Shown piece after piece: positions 10,281 through 19,413 of a stretch of DNA of 64,000 bases. The stretch's first letter is position 1; every line of letters begins with the position of its first letter. The DNA is taken from IMG/VR virus record IMGVR_UViG_2887863138_000003, positions 1 through 64,000 of that record, one strand, 5' to 3'. A model generated the notes under the pieces. That model searched no databases. It was not told the origin of the DNA and saw only the letters and a list, made by a program, of their open reading frames with translations. This stretch comes from a virus. Taxonomy: Duplodnaviria; Caudoviricetes. A program made the translations under genes and the position numbers.

Positions 10281-10968
10281 AGGGAAATGATCCCTAAGAA
10301 TGTAGCTTCCGTTGTGGACAGGCCCAAGGCAAGGAAAAAGGAAATGGAAGTCTGGGAAGTGGAAGAAGCCCACCTTTTTCTAAAATCATCTGAAAAGGAT
10401 TCGTTATTACATCGCTTTTCTTTTAGCCCTAGCTTAGGTATGCGCCAAGGTGAAATTATTGGTTTGCGATGGAAGGACATAAATTTGGAGAATGGGGTTA
10501 TATCAATAACCCAAACCTTAAGTCATGACGGAAAAGAGTTACAGATTGGAGCTAAAACTAATTCTGGAAATAGAACTATAGCTATTGATGCAGAAACAGT
10601 AAAAGAGATGAGGAAAGTTGAAAAAAGATACAAAGCTGAAAAATTAAAAGCTGATCCAGGTATGTATGAAGATAACGGGCTAGTTATTTGCACTATTGTA
10701 AAAAATCCGGTAACACCAAGAAATTTAATGAGGTCATTTTACCGCTTGATTGAACAAGCGCAGGTAAAAAATAAGATTTCATGATCTTCGACATTCACAT
10801 GCCACCATGCTATTAAAAGCAAACGTTAATCCAAAGGCTGTTGTTGAACGTATGGGGTGGTCTGATATGAAGATGATAGACCGCTATGCTCACGTTTTGC
10901 CTAACATTCAAAAAGAGACTGCTGAAACTTTTGGTAAAGTATTCTTTGAAAATAAAGAAGCTAAATAG
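10270..10968 (+). pseudogene. int: Tyrosine integrase, N-terminally truncated and frameshifted
   Basis: GMRQGEIIGLRWKDINL; frameshift near 10770 before IRFHDLRHSHATMLL...ERMGW...DRYAHV; stop TAG at 10966-10968. Confidence 0.9.
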
Positions 10969-10976
10969 AAATTTCA

Positions 10977-11016
10977 TTCGCGCCAAATTCGCACCAAAAT
11001 TTCTTTTCGCACCAAA
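10977..11016 (+). repeat. Three 11-bp direct repeats, probable integrase arm-type sites of the left element
   Basis: TTCGCGCCAAA 10977, TTCGCACCAAA 10988, TTCGCACCAAA 11006. Confidence 0.6.
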
Positions 11017-11048
11017 AAACATATGGACAATTCTATCTGTTAATAACA

Positions 11049-11076
11049 AAAACCCCTTGATTAACCAAGGGGTTTA
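11049..11076. terminator. Bidirectional hairpin between integrase and tRNA 3' end
   Basis: AAACCCCTTG-attaac-CAAGGGGTTT. Confidence 0.6.
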
Positions 11077-11089
11077 ACAATCTTATGTA

Positions 11090-11134
11090 TGGTGATCCGG
11101 ACTGGGTTCGAACCAGCGACCCCCACCCTGTCAA
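11090..11134 (-). other. att core: 3' half of tRNA-Val(GAC), anticodon loop to CCA
   Basis: Minus strand TTGACAGGGTGGGGGTCGCTGGTTCGAACCCAGTCCGGATCACCA contains the GAC anticodon, GTTCGAA T-loop and CCA; D-arm and 5' acceptor strand are absent. Confidence 0.88.
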
Positions 11135-11166
11135 CTATCCGATTTGGGTTCGGAGCCTTTCCGTTA

Positions 11167-11215
11167 TGTCCTCCCGCCTGTCCATCCGCTACATATCAAC
11201 GTTTGTCCATCCGCT
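11167..11215 (+). repeat. Three 12-bp direct repeats, probable arm-type sites of the large prophage
   Basis: TGTCCTCCCGCC 11167, TGTCCATCCGCT 11179, TGTCCATCCGCT 11204. Confidence 0.55.
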
Positions 11216-11315
11216 CTCTTTCCGTTAATGAGTATTATACCGTACAGGAGCAGTAAACAGCAAATTTCTTGACCTACAGACTGGGTTGCAAATGTGCCCT
11301 CGGGTCTCTTCTATT

Positions 11316-11666
11316 TTAATCGGTAACGGACGCAATGTTCCCGAAATCAATCCACGTCCAATCCCCGTTTTCTTCCTCGATTCTAACTTGCTTCATAATC
11401 GTATCAAACGACTTGGCAACGCCCCTCACCGTCAGGAACTCGCCTCCATTCTTGGAGACTTCCCGCCAATACTTAACGGTTATCTCGAAGTTATAACGTT
11501 TACTTTCCGTCAACCTATAGTTAATCGCCATGATTTCGTCGTGATCGAGGTCAGGCTTCGGTAGTAACGATAGCTCTCTTCGATGCTTTAGATACCATTC
11601 GCGTTGCTCCGGCAATACCATACGCATGGAGCCGAATAGGTCGTTAATCTTTGTTCGCTTTTGCAT
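11316..11666 (-). CDS. YolD-like family protein
   Basis: MRMVLPEQRE...PKPDLDHDEIMAIN...ITVKYW...WIDFGNI, typical YolD pattern. Confidence 0.85.
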   Translation of the reverse strand: MQKRTKINDLFGSMRMVLPEQREWYLKHRRELSLLPKPDLDHDEIMAINYRLTESKRYNFEITVKYWREVSKNGGEFLTVRGVAKSFDTIMKQVRIEEENGDWTWIDFGNIASVTD

Positions 11667-11925
11667 AGTAAAACTCATCCTCCGTCCATAGCCAATCTAT
11701 CAAGTCTAGGTTAGGTGATACGATGATGTCAACGATTTGATTGACGCGGATCGTATGAGAGTTCCAATCCGTTACTAGCTTGATTTGTTCACTATCATTA
11801 GCCGCGATCCAGCCCCACGACGTATGGGCTCCCGATTGATCCGACCAGATAGCCAATAGTGGCCTGTTGTTGTTGATGACATTTTGTACACCCTCTAAAA
11901 ACAAATCCAGCAAAATGACCGCCAC
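11644..11925 (-). CDS. Hypothetical protein, first gene of the SOS-boxed unit
   Basis: Open frame with RBS-like AAGGTGG between the SOS box and yolD. Confidence 0.45.
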   Translation of the reverse strand: MAVILLDLFLEGVQNVINNNRPLLAIWSDQSGAHTSWGWIAANDSEQIKLVTDWNSHTIRVNQIVDIIVSPNLDLIDWLWTEDEFYYAKANKD

Positions 11926-11939
11926 CTTCTATTTGAATA

Positions 11940-11951
11940 GAACATTTGTTC
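11940..11951. promoter_or_regulatory. LexA/DinR SOS (Cheo) box
   Basis: GAACATTTGTTC matches GAAC-N4-GTTC, just upstream of the yolD unit. Confidence 0.8.
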
Positions 11952-12035
11952 CTATTATATGCGAACAGAACGGGAACATGCAACAAAAAAAGTGCCCACC
12001 TACCAGCCGTTAGGCCAATAAGTGGGCTCGTTTCC

Positions 12036-12290
12036 CTATTTAAGTTTTCCTTCGCTATTGTCCGGTTTAACGTAACTATACGCACCTGCCGCAGTCAATC
12101 CGACCACGACCGTAGTCAATAGATTCGCCTTCAATGCGCCGTCCGGCAAGAACACGAACACGCCCGATAGCGCAATCGCTACCAACGGAGCAAACTTCGT
12201 CGGCACTCCGAATCCTTTCGCGATTCCAGTCAAAGCCGCCACGATTGCGGCCAGCGTCGCGATGTCATACGTAAGTTCCACGTTATGCAC
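12036..12290 (-). CDS. Holin
   Basis: 84 aa, three hydrophobic helices, GLTAAGAYS motif, follows the endolysin. Confidence 0.8.
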   Translation of the reverse strand: MHNVELTYDIATLAAIVAALTGIAKGFGVPTKFAPLVAIALSGVFVFLPDGALKANLLTTVVVGLTAAGAYSYVKPDNSEGKLK

Positions 12291-13038
12291 CCGCCTTTCT
12301 CGATACCCGATCCGCTAGTACGAAGACCAGCCACGGCATGTCCTCGATTACCTTCTGCGGCTCCTTTCGTAACCGCTCCTTCCATTCGGCCGCATCCGAC
12401 AGTAGTTCCTGTGCCGCGAGATTATCTATCGACTTATCCGCGAGTTCTAGCTGCCATTCTTTTAACGCCAAATCCACCGCCTCCTCGATTTTCATTATAG
12501 GTACCGGGGCCACCGGCTTATCAAAACGGGTTAACTTATTCCCGTTTACAATCGACATAATTAACGTAACGTAATTCGGATCAGTCGCGTACCCGCCCCG
12601 TTTGACCGCCTCCGCAAACTCCCGTGGTGTCTTCGCTTTCCACACGCCCGCATTTACGTAGCGCGGTTTCTTCAGCAGAGCGAAATGGTCGTCGATGGCC
12701 TCGCCGTAATTGTTGTACGCTCGGAACCGTGCCTTTACTTGTACCTTCGTCTTGTTGCCGGAAGTGCCGAGTATCTTTACGAGGTCACCGCTGGCCCGCG
12801 CCTTCGCTACGTCCGCCGCCGAATAATACTCCGTGGTCAAGATCGTAACGCTACCGGCCGACCCCGTTCCTTTGATATTGCCGAGATTATACGACTCGCG
12901 CCCCGTCACCATATCGCGCGGTGTCCGCAAGTCCCATCCGACCTCTAGTATGAGTTGCGCGATAACACCGGACGGGCACGGGTAGCGCCCGACTACGTGC
13001 GGTGCTATCAACAAGATTAGCCGTTCTTGCTTCGTCAT
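12283..13038 (-). CDS. Endolysin, glucosaminidase (GH73/FlgJ-like)
   Basis: IAQLILEVGW, YNLGNIKG, FRAYNNYGEAIDDH, GGYATDPNYVTLIMSIV. Confidence 0.88.
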   Translation of the reverse strand: MTKQERLILLIAPHVVGRYPCPSGVIAQLILEVGWDLRTPRDMVTGRESYNLGNIKGTGSAGSVTILTTEYYSAADVAKARASGDLVKILGTSGNKTKVQVKARFRAYNNYGEAIDDHFALLKKPRYVNAGVWKAKTPREFAEAVKRGGYATDPNYVTLIMSIVNGNKLTRFDKPVAPVPIMKIEEAVDLALKEWQLELADKSIDNLAAQELLSDAAEWKERLRKEPQKVIEDMPWLVFVLADRVSRKAGA

Positions 13039-13048
13039 TTGTTCGACC

Positions 13049-13312
13049 TCATTTCGTTAGAAAATAAATAAGGATGGACCCGATAAAACTCGTTCCCATC
13101 CCGATGATTACGCCCCAGCTTCGGCGCGAATCCGATTTGATTTCTGCAATGTCACGCGCGTTTTCTTGGGCCAACGCTAGTGCTTCCCGTGCTTTGTCGT
13201 GTACTTGTTCGAGCTTTTCACGGTCACGCGATAAGTGGTCGACCTTTTCTTCCACGCGGACCATGCGCTCCCGTACGTCTTGTAAAATTGATACAGTGTC
13301 GTGTTCTCCCAT
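13049..13312 (-). CDS. XhlA-like holin/hemolysin
   Basis: Coiled coil plus a single C-terminal TM (WGVIIGMGTSFIGSILIYF); ATG at 13312 with RBS. Confidence 0.7.
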   Translation of the reverse strand: MGEHDTVSILQDVRERMVRVEEKVDHLSRDREKLEQVHDKAREALALAQENARDIAEIKSDSRRSWGVIIGMGTSFIGSILIYFLTK

Positions 13313-13322
13313 GCGCACCCTC

Positions 13323-13460
13323 CTAGAATTTGATTCCGGTAATTTCTTCGTAATCGGCCGGTGTGATCTCTCCATACGGGTTGGCATCTGTTTGTACAGC
13401 AAGTCGTAGCAACTCGTCCGTAATCCAATTGTATCTATAAGCTAACGACCAGAAGTTCAT
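13323..13460 (-). CDS. XkdX family protein (not in ORF track)
   Basis: MNFWSLAYRYNWITDELLRLAVQTDANPYGEITPADYEEITGIKF with RBS GGGGAG. Confidence 0.85.
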   Translation of the reverse strand: MNFWSLAYRYNWITDELLRLAVQTDANPYGEITPADYEEITGIKF

Positions 13461-13660
13461 TACTTACTCCCCCCTTTTAACTGGATGATTTCTAGTCTCA
13501 GATTCGCCAACTCTTCTCCCAACGACTTAATTAGTGCATTCTTTTGTGAAAGTTCAATCTTAGTCTTAGCGACTTCTTGGCCTAGTGTTACAATTGGCAT
13601 TTTAGCGTTGTCCCGTTCCTGCTCCATTTCGCCCAAATCCATAGGTTTTATTAAAATCAA
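13460..13660 (-). CDS. XkdW-like tail-fibre assembly protein
   Basis: 66 aa coiled coil (LGQEVAKTKI...LGEELANLRL) between the fibre and xkdX. Confidence 0.6.
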   Translation of the reverse strand: MILIKPMDLGEMEQERDNAKMPIVTLGQEVAKTKIELSQKNALIKSLGEELANLRLEIIQLKGGSK

Positions 13661-15333
13661 TCGAATGCACCTCCGAATCCTCTTACAATTACAGGCTCAG
13701 TTGCAACTCCTTTAACAAAAACAAAGCGTACACTAACGCCCCATTTTTCTGCTGTTTTTTCCTTGTTAGTGAAAATGAAGCCTCGGTTGAATTTAACGTT
13801 ATTAGTGGCATCTTCCCATGTCGGCAACTCGTCAAACGCATTGTTACACACCTCTACTTTATAATCTGCACCAGGAGGAACCGTCGCATCAATCGTTATA
13901 AGAATACGTTTAGCAGCAATAGTGGTATCAAAAGGTTTCTTTAGAGAGAACGCTATCTTGTCGGCTGATCGACGGAAAGTAAACGTCCTAGTCGATTTCA
14001 AGCCTTTACTGTCGGTTGCCTCGATCGTTAATGTGTGGGCTTCTGTTAAAGAGAGCCGTAGCCACATGTCCAGTGGGATAGTCAAAGTATTTTCCATTTT
14101 GTCAGTTCCAGCGAATGTGCGGATTGCCTTACCGTTGATTTTCTCAGTGATGGTAAACGTGTCACCCTCTGGCTCTGTTACCGTGTATTTCTTCATAGGG
14201 ACAGAACTGAGTGTGCCAAGGTCTTCATTTTGACCGCTTATAACGGGTGGTCGGTTATGGACGACTCGGAATTTACGCGTAATCTCAGTTGATTTACCGC
14301 CTTGGTCATCTTCCGCCCAAACAGTTAGGGTGTAATCGACGTCTTGGGCTAGGTCAGATCCTGTTATATCGGTTGTACCGTCATAGAGACGCTTGGCTCG
14401 GAATGTTAAGGTTTTGGCAAATGAAATAGGCGTACTACCGTTGGATACCCCCGATTGCAACGCCCTTGCCGTTCCTTTATTTACTTGGTACTTTACTGTA
14501 ACTACGTTATCCTTGTCGATGTCGGATGCGGTTCCTTGAATGCTTAACGTTGCATTTTCCGTAAGCATTTGGTTGTCGGTTGGTGATGAAAGGGTAAGTG
14601 TCGGATTAGAGTTATCAGAATACTCGATAGTTACCGCATACTGATAGTAATGGGTATAGCTTCGCGTGTCACTTCCTGGTTTTGTAACGGTACCGCGATA
14701 GTTTTGCCTATAACTATAGACCGCAGTTGAGGGTCTTGTAACCGTGCCGGAATACGTTGCTGTTGCTGTCATACTCCAATATTCGTCTGGATTTCGACCA
14801 GATCGTGTGCAAGCCCCAAAAGAAACGGAACCCGTGCGATATAGAGTTCCACTATACCCACCCTCGTTATATGAAATGGAGCTAGGCAACGATCTTTCCG
14901 CGCTTCTCTCCGCTTCTGGACAAGAGTTCATCATGCCACTTGATGCAGTATAGCTTTTCGATACAGATTTACTATCCCCAGTAGAGCCACTTACAAGTGT
15001 TTGTGTGGGGCTACCGTCTTTATTTAATGTCCCACTGAATCCCCCACTATTATAGGAAATACTGCTCGGAAAGGAATTAGATGAGCTTGTCTGCGAAGTA
15101 GTTACCTCTTTACTCTGAGAGGGTGTGTAGGAACCTCCTGTTTGAATCCACCGTGTGTAGGAACCGCCACCGAGTGTAAATGTTACAGTGTTACCGTTCA
15201 CTCTATATGAAACTGTCCCCGTATTAACTACTACAGACTTAACGCTATTCAATCCCGGTATGGTTAAAGTGTGCGTTTGTGAACTGTATGGTAGTTCATC
15301 AAATTGTTTTTCAAGTTTTTTTATAACGGCCAC
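13657..15333 (-). CDS. Tail fibre / receptor-binding protein with nested beta-rich repeats and Ig-like domains
   Basis: 558 aa at the end of the tail module; two PSSISYN.GG.SGTL repeats; Ig-like segments (PTLTLSSP, YTLTVWAEDDQGG, HTLTIEATDSKG). Confidence 0.7.
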   Translation of the reverse strand: MAVIKKLEKQFDELPYSSQTHTLTIPGLNSVKSVVVNTGTVSYRVNGNTVTFTLGGGSYTRWIQTGGSYTPSQSKEVTTSQTSSSNSFPSSISYNSGGFSGTLNKDGSPTQTLVSGSTGDSKSVSKSYTASSGMMNSCPEAERSAERSLPSSISYNEGGYSGTLYRTGSVSFGACTRSGRNPDEYWSMTATATYSGTVTRPSTAVYSYRQNYRGTVTKPGSDTRSYTHYYQYAVTIEYSDNSNPTLTLSSPTDNQMLTENATLSIQGTASDIDKDNVVTVKYQVNKGTARALQSGVSNGSTPISFAKTLTFRAKRLYDGTTDITGSDLAQDVDYTLTVWAEDDQGGKSTEITRKFRVVHNRPPVISGQNEDLGTLSSVPMKKYTVTEPEGDTFTITEKINGKAIRTFAGTDKMENTLTIPLDMWLRLSLTEAHTLTIEATDSKGLKSTRTFTFRRSADKIAFSLKKPFDTTIAAKRILITIDATVPPGADYKVEVCNNAFDELPTWEDATNNVKFNRGFIFTNKEKTAEKWGVSVRFVFVKGVATEPVIVRGFGGAFD

Positions 15334-15608
15334 TATACCACCAGCCTTTTGTTAGTCTCGTCATACCAGCCCTCGGTTAAAATCACATCATTTAGAGTTA
15401 CAAAATTTTCGAAGAACACATTGCCTGTGAAGTTGTTAAACAATGCGTCCTTAACTGTCTGCACCTCGATCTGTAAGGCAGCAATCGCTACCGTATGCTG
15501 TTCCAGAAGCTTGTGCGCATCAGCTATTCCTTTTTCCCATCTGTTGACGTCATTTTCAGTAATATCATCTTCGAACTTCCAGTCTAACCGAACGTCATAC
15601 GACATCAA
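15333..15608 (-). CDS. Hypothetical tail protein
   Basis: WKFEDDITENDVNRWEKGI motif common at phage fibre N-termini; position. Confidence 0.6.
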   Translation of the reverse strand: MMSYDVRLDWKFEDDITENDVNRWEKGIADAHKLLEQHTVAIAALQIEVQTVKDALFNNFTGNVFFENFVTLNDVILTEGWYDETNKRLVV

Positions 15609-15886
15609 CGCACCCCCTCTCGAATAACAAAATTGAACCGAAATTCCAAACGCTGTCCTTCGCTAACCGGAACGTCCGCCTGCCTCTCCGCAATCAGACC
15701 GCCCGCTTCATCGTACAGTCTTAATGAAGAAACTCGCGTAATCCCTTTGACTGATTCCGTACGGACGGTCACCGCCGCCCCATTCCGGCTAATGTTCCGA
15801 ATAGGTACCGTTTGATTATTAAGAACGATAGATGTCGCGCGTGTAGCGATGTCCTCCGCAATGCGTTCGAGATATCTTACGTCCAT
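15605..15886 (-). CDS. Hypothetical baseplate/tail protein
   Basis: RBS GGAGGTG, operon position. Confidence 0.6.
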   Translation of the reverse strand: MDVRYLERIAEDIATRATSIVLNNQTVPIRNISRNGAAVTVRTESVKGITRVSSLRLYDEAGGLIAERQADVPVSEGQRLEFRFNFVIREGVR

Positions 15887-16465
15887 CTATAACGTCACCT
15901 CCCGCTGCTCCTTACCGATCGTATCCCCGACACGCAGTTCGCCGATCGTCCGATATCGCCGTAGAATTACCGTTACCGTATCGACTACTTCGATTACTTC
16001 CCGTGGCATGGGCGCTAGTACCACATCGACATGAGCCGGTGCCATTTCACGGAGGGCAACGTAAGCATCGCATAGATTCGGTGGGATATCGCCGCCAATT
16101 ACGATAATGACCGTATACTTACGGGGTTCCTCCTCAGCCGTGGCGTCGGGGAAGAACGCATCGGCAATGGATTCGAGTACGGCTAATGTAACCGTCCCCG
16201 TACCGCGTAGCTTAGACTTGATAACGGAGCGTCGCTGCTCGATCGGTTTAGATAGATCGGTGGGCACTCCGACAACGGCTTCCCATCGTGCTAGACCCCA
16301 CGTTGCCGTATCTACGAAGAACTGGTCGGCTAAGTCCCGAATCCCCTCGTGCAATAACGCAAACTCTTCTGATTCTCGGTCAATTATGTTCTTTATGTGC
16401 CGCGACTCTCCGTAATGGATCGTTGGCAATGAATCGAGCATTCGGCGCTTAATTACGTCATTCAC
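15887..16465 (-). CDS. XkdU/YmfQ (DUF2313) baseplate protein
   Basis: QFFVDTATWGLARWEAVVG...EQRRSVIKSKLRGTGTVT. Confidence 0.88.
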   Translation of the reverse strand: MNDVIKRRMLDSLPTIHYGESRHIKNIIDRESEEFALLHEGIRDLADQFFVDTATWGLARWEAVVGVPTDLSKPIEQRRSVIKSKLRGTGTVTLAVLESIADAFFPDATAEEEPRKYTVIIVIGGDIPPNLCDAYVALREMAPAHVDVVLAPMPREVIEVVDTVTVILRRYRTIGELRVGDTIGKEQREVTL

Positions 16466-17537
16466 TGAGTGTCACCGTCCCTAGTACCGCGATTGAATCG
16501 GTGCCTATCGCTATATTCTCCTCCGCACCATTAACGGTCAGATCGGCATAATCAAGTACCGAAGCCGAGCCTCCGATCACGCCGGCAACCCGTGTAAAAC
16601 GTACAACTGAGTCAACTAGCGCGAGCTTACCGAGATAATCCGTCAGTGCTTTCGTCACTTCTTCGCGGGCCTCTTCGATGGTATGGCCGTTCACTAACGT
16701 TATCTTTGCGGCTACATTGATCGGTATTTCGGCTACACCAACGACCGTCACTTCCGCACATGCAGGTCTCTCCTTTTCGATGTAAGTCGCTACCTTGTCG
16801 ATAAGCTCTTGGGAGGGCGCCCGCTTCCGATCATCAAGTAAGACGACTTTTACCGTTCCCGGCCCGTCCCACACCTCGTATACTCGCGCATCAGAGATAC
16901 CAACGACATCAAGCGCCCATTTCCGGTAATGATGACGATTGCCTGACGTAATAGGCTTTCGGACGCGATCAAGGTACCGTTCTAACAGGGCGTCGTCTGA
17001 TTCTTCGTCAATACCGCCCTCGAATGGCAGCTCGTTGGTGACGCCGGTTATCCCTGTGATATTACCTTGCGTTAGCTTGATTTCGCCAGCACCCACGTTG
17101 CCCGATTTACCGCCTTCAACGGCTTTCGCTGCTAACGTAATAGTCCCGTTTAAAATGACGCCAGACTCCGTGACTTCAAAGTAAATCGGCTCTTCACCAT
17201 CCGTAGAAACTTCGGTACCTACGGGGATTTCCGTATTCTCATGCCCGTAAATAGTAACGGTACCAATAGCCTTTTCCGAGGGCTTTCGGTAGACACCTAA
17301 TTCAGCACATCTACGCGTCAGCCACTCGTTGTAAGACGACATGGTACCGTCAGTATTTATCGCGAATCCTTTATCGAGTACCGCGTCCAGCTCCAGCCAT
17401 AACGCCTCTAACTCGGGTGCCACGGGAGCCGTCGCATCATACAAGATCGCACCAGGTCGCTTGTCTACGTCCGGCCGAGACCTTTCGAGTATCCGTTCAA
17501 GGATTTCCTCACGCGTTTGTTGTTCGTACACCGTCAC
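16458..17537 (-). CDS. Baseplate J/gp47 family (XkdT-like)
   Basis: DKRPGAILYDATAP, GGIDEESDDALLERY, SGNRHHYRKWAL, WDGPGTVKV. Confidence 0.92.
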   Translation of the reverse strand: MTVYEQQTREEILERILERSRPDVDKRPGAILYDATAPVAPELEALWLELDAVLDKGFAINTDGTMSSYNEWLTRRCAELGVYRKPSEKAIGTVTIYGHENTEIPVGTEVSTDGEEPIYFEVTESGVILNGTITLAAKAVEGGKSGNVGAGEIKLTQGNITGITGVTNELPFEGGIDEESDDALLERYLDRVRKPITSGNRHHYRKWALDVVGISDARVYEVWDGPGTVKVVLLDDRKRAPSQELIDKVATYIEKERPACAEVTVVGVAEIPINVAAKITLVNGHTIEEAREEVTKALTDYLGKLALVDSVVRFTRVAGVIGGSASVLDYADLTVNGAEENIAIGTDSIAVLGTVTLSE

Positions 17538-17950
17538 ACCTCCTCTACGACATCTAACGTTAGCCCGTCCGTCGTATCAACGTAAAAAGAGACGGTCAAT
17601 TTGTCCGCCTCTCGTTCTATCTCAAAGTCGTATACATCGTCTATTCGATCGTCGTAGATCAATGCCTCAGTTATGACACGGGGTATCTCCGACCGCAAAA
17701 GCTCTATCGGTAAATCTTCCCCGATTAAGTCTATGAGTTCACAACCGTACTCGCCGTCGTAGTAAATCGGAAACCGAAACCGCGCAGTCATAATAACCTT
17801 GCTGATAAATTGACGGATGGCCGCCTCGCCGTCGATCATGCCGTCAATATCGCCGGTATTGAAGTCCAGCGAATAAGTTAGCGTTGGCTGGACTTCTGGC
17901 TCCGATTGGATCACTCGATCCTCTAGTCGTTGTAACGGACTAAGCGCCAT
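17534..17950 (-). CDS. XkdS (DUF2634) baseplate wedge protein
   Basis: TARFRFPIY..EYGCEL...SEIPRVITEALIYDDRI. Confidence 0.88.
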   Translation of the reverse strand: MALSPLQRLEDRVIQSEPEVQPTLTYSLDFNTGDIDGMIDGEAAIRQFISKVIMTARFRFPIYYDGEYGCELIDLIGEDLPIELLRSEIPRVITEALIYDDRIDDVYDFEIEREADKLTVSFYVDTTDGLTLDVVEEV

Positions 17951-18383
17951 TATAGATCACCACCCGATCTTGAATGATATACGTTTGGCCCTCGTCAATA
18001 GACTGGATGATGACGCGATCGCCCGCTTTCAATTCGTCGGTAAACTCGATCTCGCCCTCGATAACCAACTCCGTGATATCGTGCACGTGGGGCGTATAGC
18101 CTGCTCTCGTCATAACCTCGCGCACTGTCTCACTGGTTAAGGTAACCTTCCGTTTATGCCGCGTCAGATGCTCCGCAACAATCAAGTCTTCCGCTAACAG
18201 CTCAAGTTTTTCATCGTTATCGACTGTAACTCGTATAGCTGGCGGAGGAGCAACGACAGTGCCAAGCTCGATATCCACGTCCTTGTTGTATCCGATCTGT
18301 TGAATGAGCTGTCGAAACTGACTCGGACCTCCGCCTTCCAGCCGACTAGGCTCTTGGAGTCTTTTTGAGGATTTCGTCGACAA
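17940..18383 (-). CDS. XkdR (DUF2577) protein
   Basis: IELGTVVAPPP...LKAGDRVII...GQTYIIQDRV. Confidence 0.82.
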   Translation of the reverse strand: MSTKSSKRLQEPSRLEGGGPSQFRQLIQQIGYNKDVDIELGTVVAPPPAIRVTVDNDEKLELLAEDLIVAEHLTRHKRKVTLTSETVREVMTRAGYTPHVHDITELVIEGEIEFTDELKAGDRVIIQSIDEGQTYIIQDRVVIYNGA

Positions 18384-19413
18384 TAGATTTCCGCCCCTTT
18401 CGTTTCTTTCTTTTCTTCTTCGGCTTGTCTTCCGGTGGTGGATCGTATTTCAACGTTGGAAGATCGTCCGTCGCGCTCAACGTAAGTGACATCGTATGTT
18501 TGCCGCTCTCAAATGTGTGACTATCGGTTGAAACGCAGTAACCTCCGATGATCTCCGTCATTGATTCTTGTACATAGACGCCTACCCCCGCGTACACGGT
18601 GTCAATCCCTAGCGCATTGACGGTCGCCTCGTCGTGTATGGTTCCGAGGTCTTTTAGGAGCTGTTTCGCTAACTGCTCGATTTGGGATCGGGTTTTATCC
18701 GAGTCAGCACTTTCGAGGTGCTGCATGATGCCGAACCGTTTTATGAGTGCGTCGTTTTTGACTACGGCCACCAACGGCTTTTTCTTGTTATCCCCGCCGG
18801 TCACCTTGACCTGTGTTCGTAGTTCTTCGATCGACTGCGAGTATGACGCGTCCAGTATATTAACGCCGTTTTCGAGTACCCACCGAACAGGCTGTTCTTT
18901 CCGCGATAACAGATTAAACTTGCCTTCCTTCGAGCAAATAAAAAAGCGCCGTCCGGTCTGCTTCTGCGTAACCGTTAGCGCTGTTATCATCATGTCCCAT
19001 ATGGATTTATTCCGGAGCACAAGCTTTGGTATTACGTATCCTGTATCGTCAATTTTACCGACTGCAATTCCGAACTGTTTGCATAGTTTCTGCGCAATGG
19101 CACTCGCCTTCATTCCACGGAATATCTGCGTATCCTGATTCTTCGCAAGATAGATATTATCATCGTATGCCGTAACGCTCATGATCCCGCGATCATTGAT
19201 ATTATGCTTGAACGTCAGACCCCGGAATAGTTCACGTCCATTACTGTAGAGACGTAACTCCTTGCCGAGTTCTACGGGGACAGCTTTTTTACGGCCGTCC
19301 ACCGTGTTTACGAAAGATATTTCTAGGGTACGGGCTGGCTGCGTAATATCGCCGGACCATGTAGCACTTTGAACAACCATAGGCGCGCCGTCATAATGCA
19401 CTTCCCACGTCAT
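18346..19413 (-). CDS. XkdQ/YqbQ family baseplate hub protein
   Basis: TWSGDITQPARTLEIS, VTAYDDNIYLAKN, YSQSIEELRTQVKV, FGIMQHLE. Confidence 0.88.
   Translation of the reverse strand: MTWEVHYDGAPMVVQSATWSGDITQPARTLEISFVNTVDGRKKAVPVELGKELRLYSNGRELFRGLTFKHNINDRGIMSVTAYDDNIYLAKNQDTQIFRGMKASAIAQKLCKQFGIAVGKIDDTGYVIPKLVLRNKSIWDMMITALTVTQKQTGRRFFICSKEGKFNLLSRKEQPVRWVLENGVNILDASYSQSIEELRTQVKVTGGDNKKKPLVAVVKNDALIKRFGIMQHLESADSDKTRSQIEQLAKQLLKDLGTIHDEATVNALGIDTVYAGVGVYVQESMTEIIGGYCVSTDSHTFESGKHTMSLTLSATDDLPTLKYDPPPEDKPKKKRKKRKGRKSIVDEILKKTPRA

Larger units (their letters stand above)
1926..11090. mobile_element. Defective HK97-type (cos) prophage remnant integrated next to tRNA-Val
   Basis: Integrase pseudogene beside the tRNA 3' end, then HNH-terS-terL-portal-prohead protease; capsid, tail and replication genes absent; several genes broken. 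Left boundary is approximate. Confidence 0.85.

Noticed and set aside
11090-11134. Functional tRNA-Val gene
   Set aside because: Only the anticodon-to-CCA half is present and the upstream sequence cannot form the D-arm or acceptor stem, so it is treated as an att duplication
13657-15333. Diversity-generating retroelement or shufflon acting on the tail fibre
   Set aside because: No reverse transcriptase, template/variable repeat pair or invertase seen in the window
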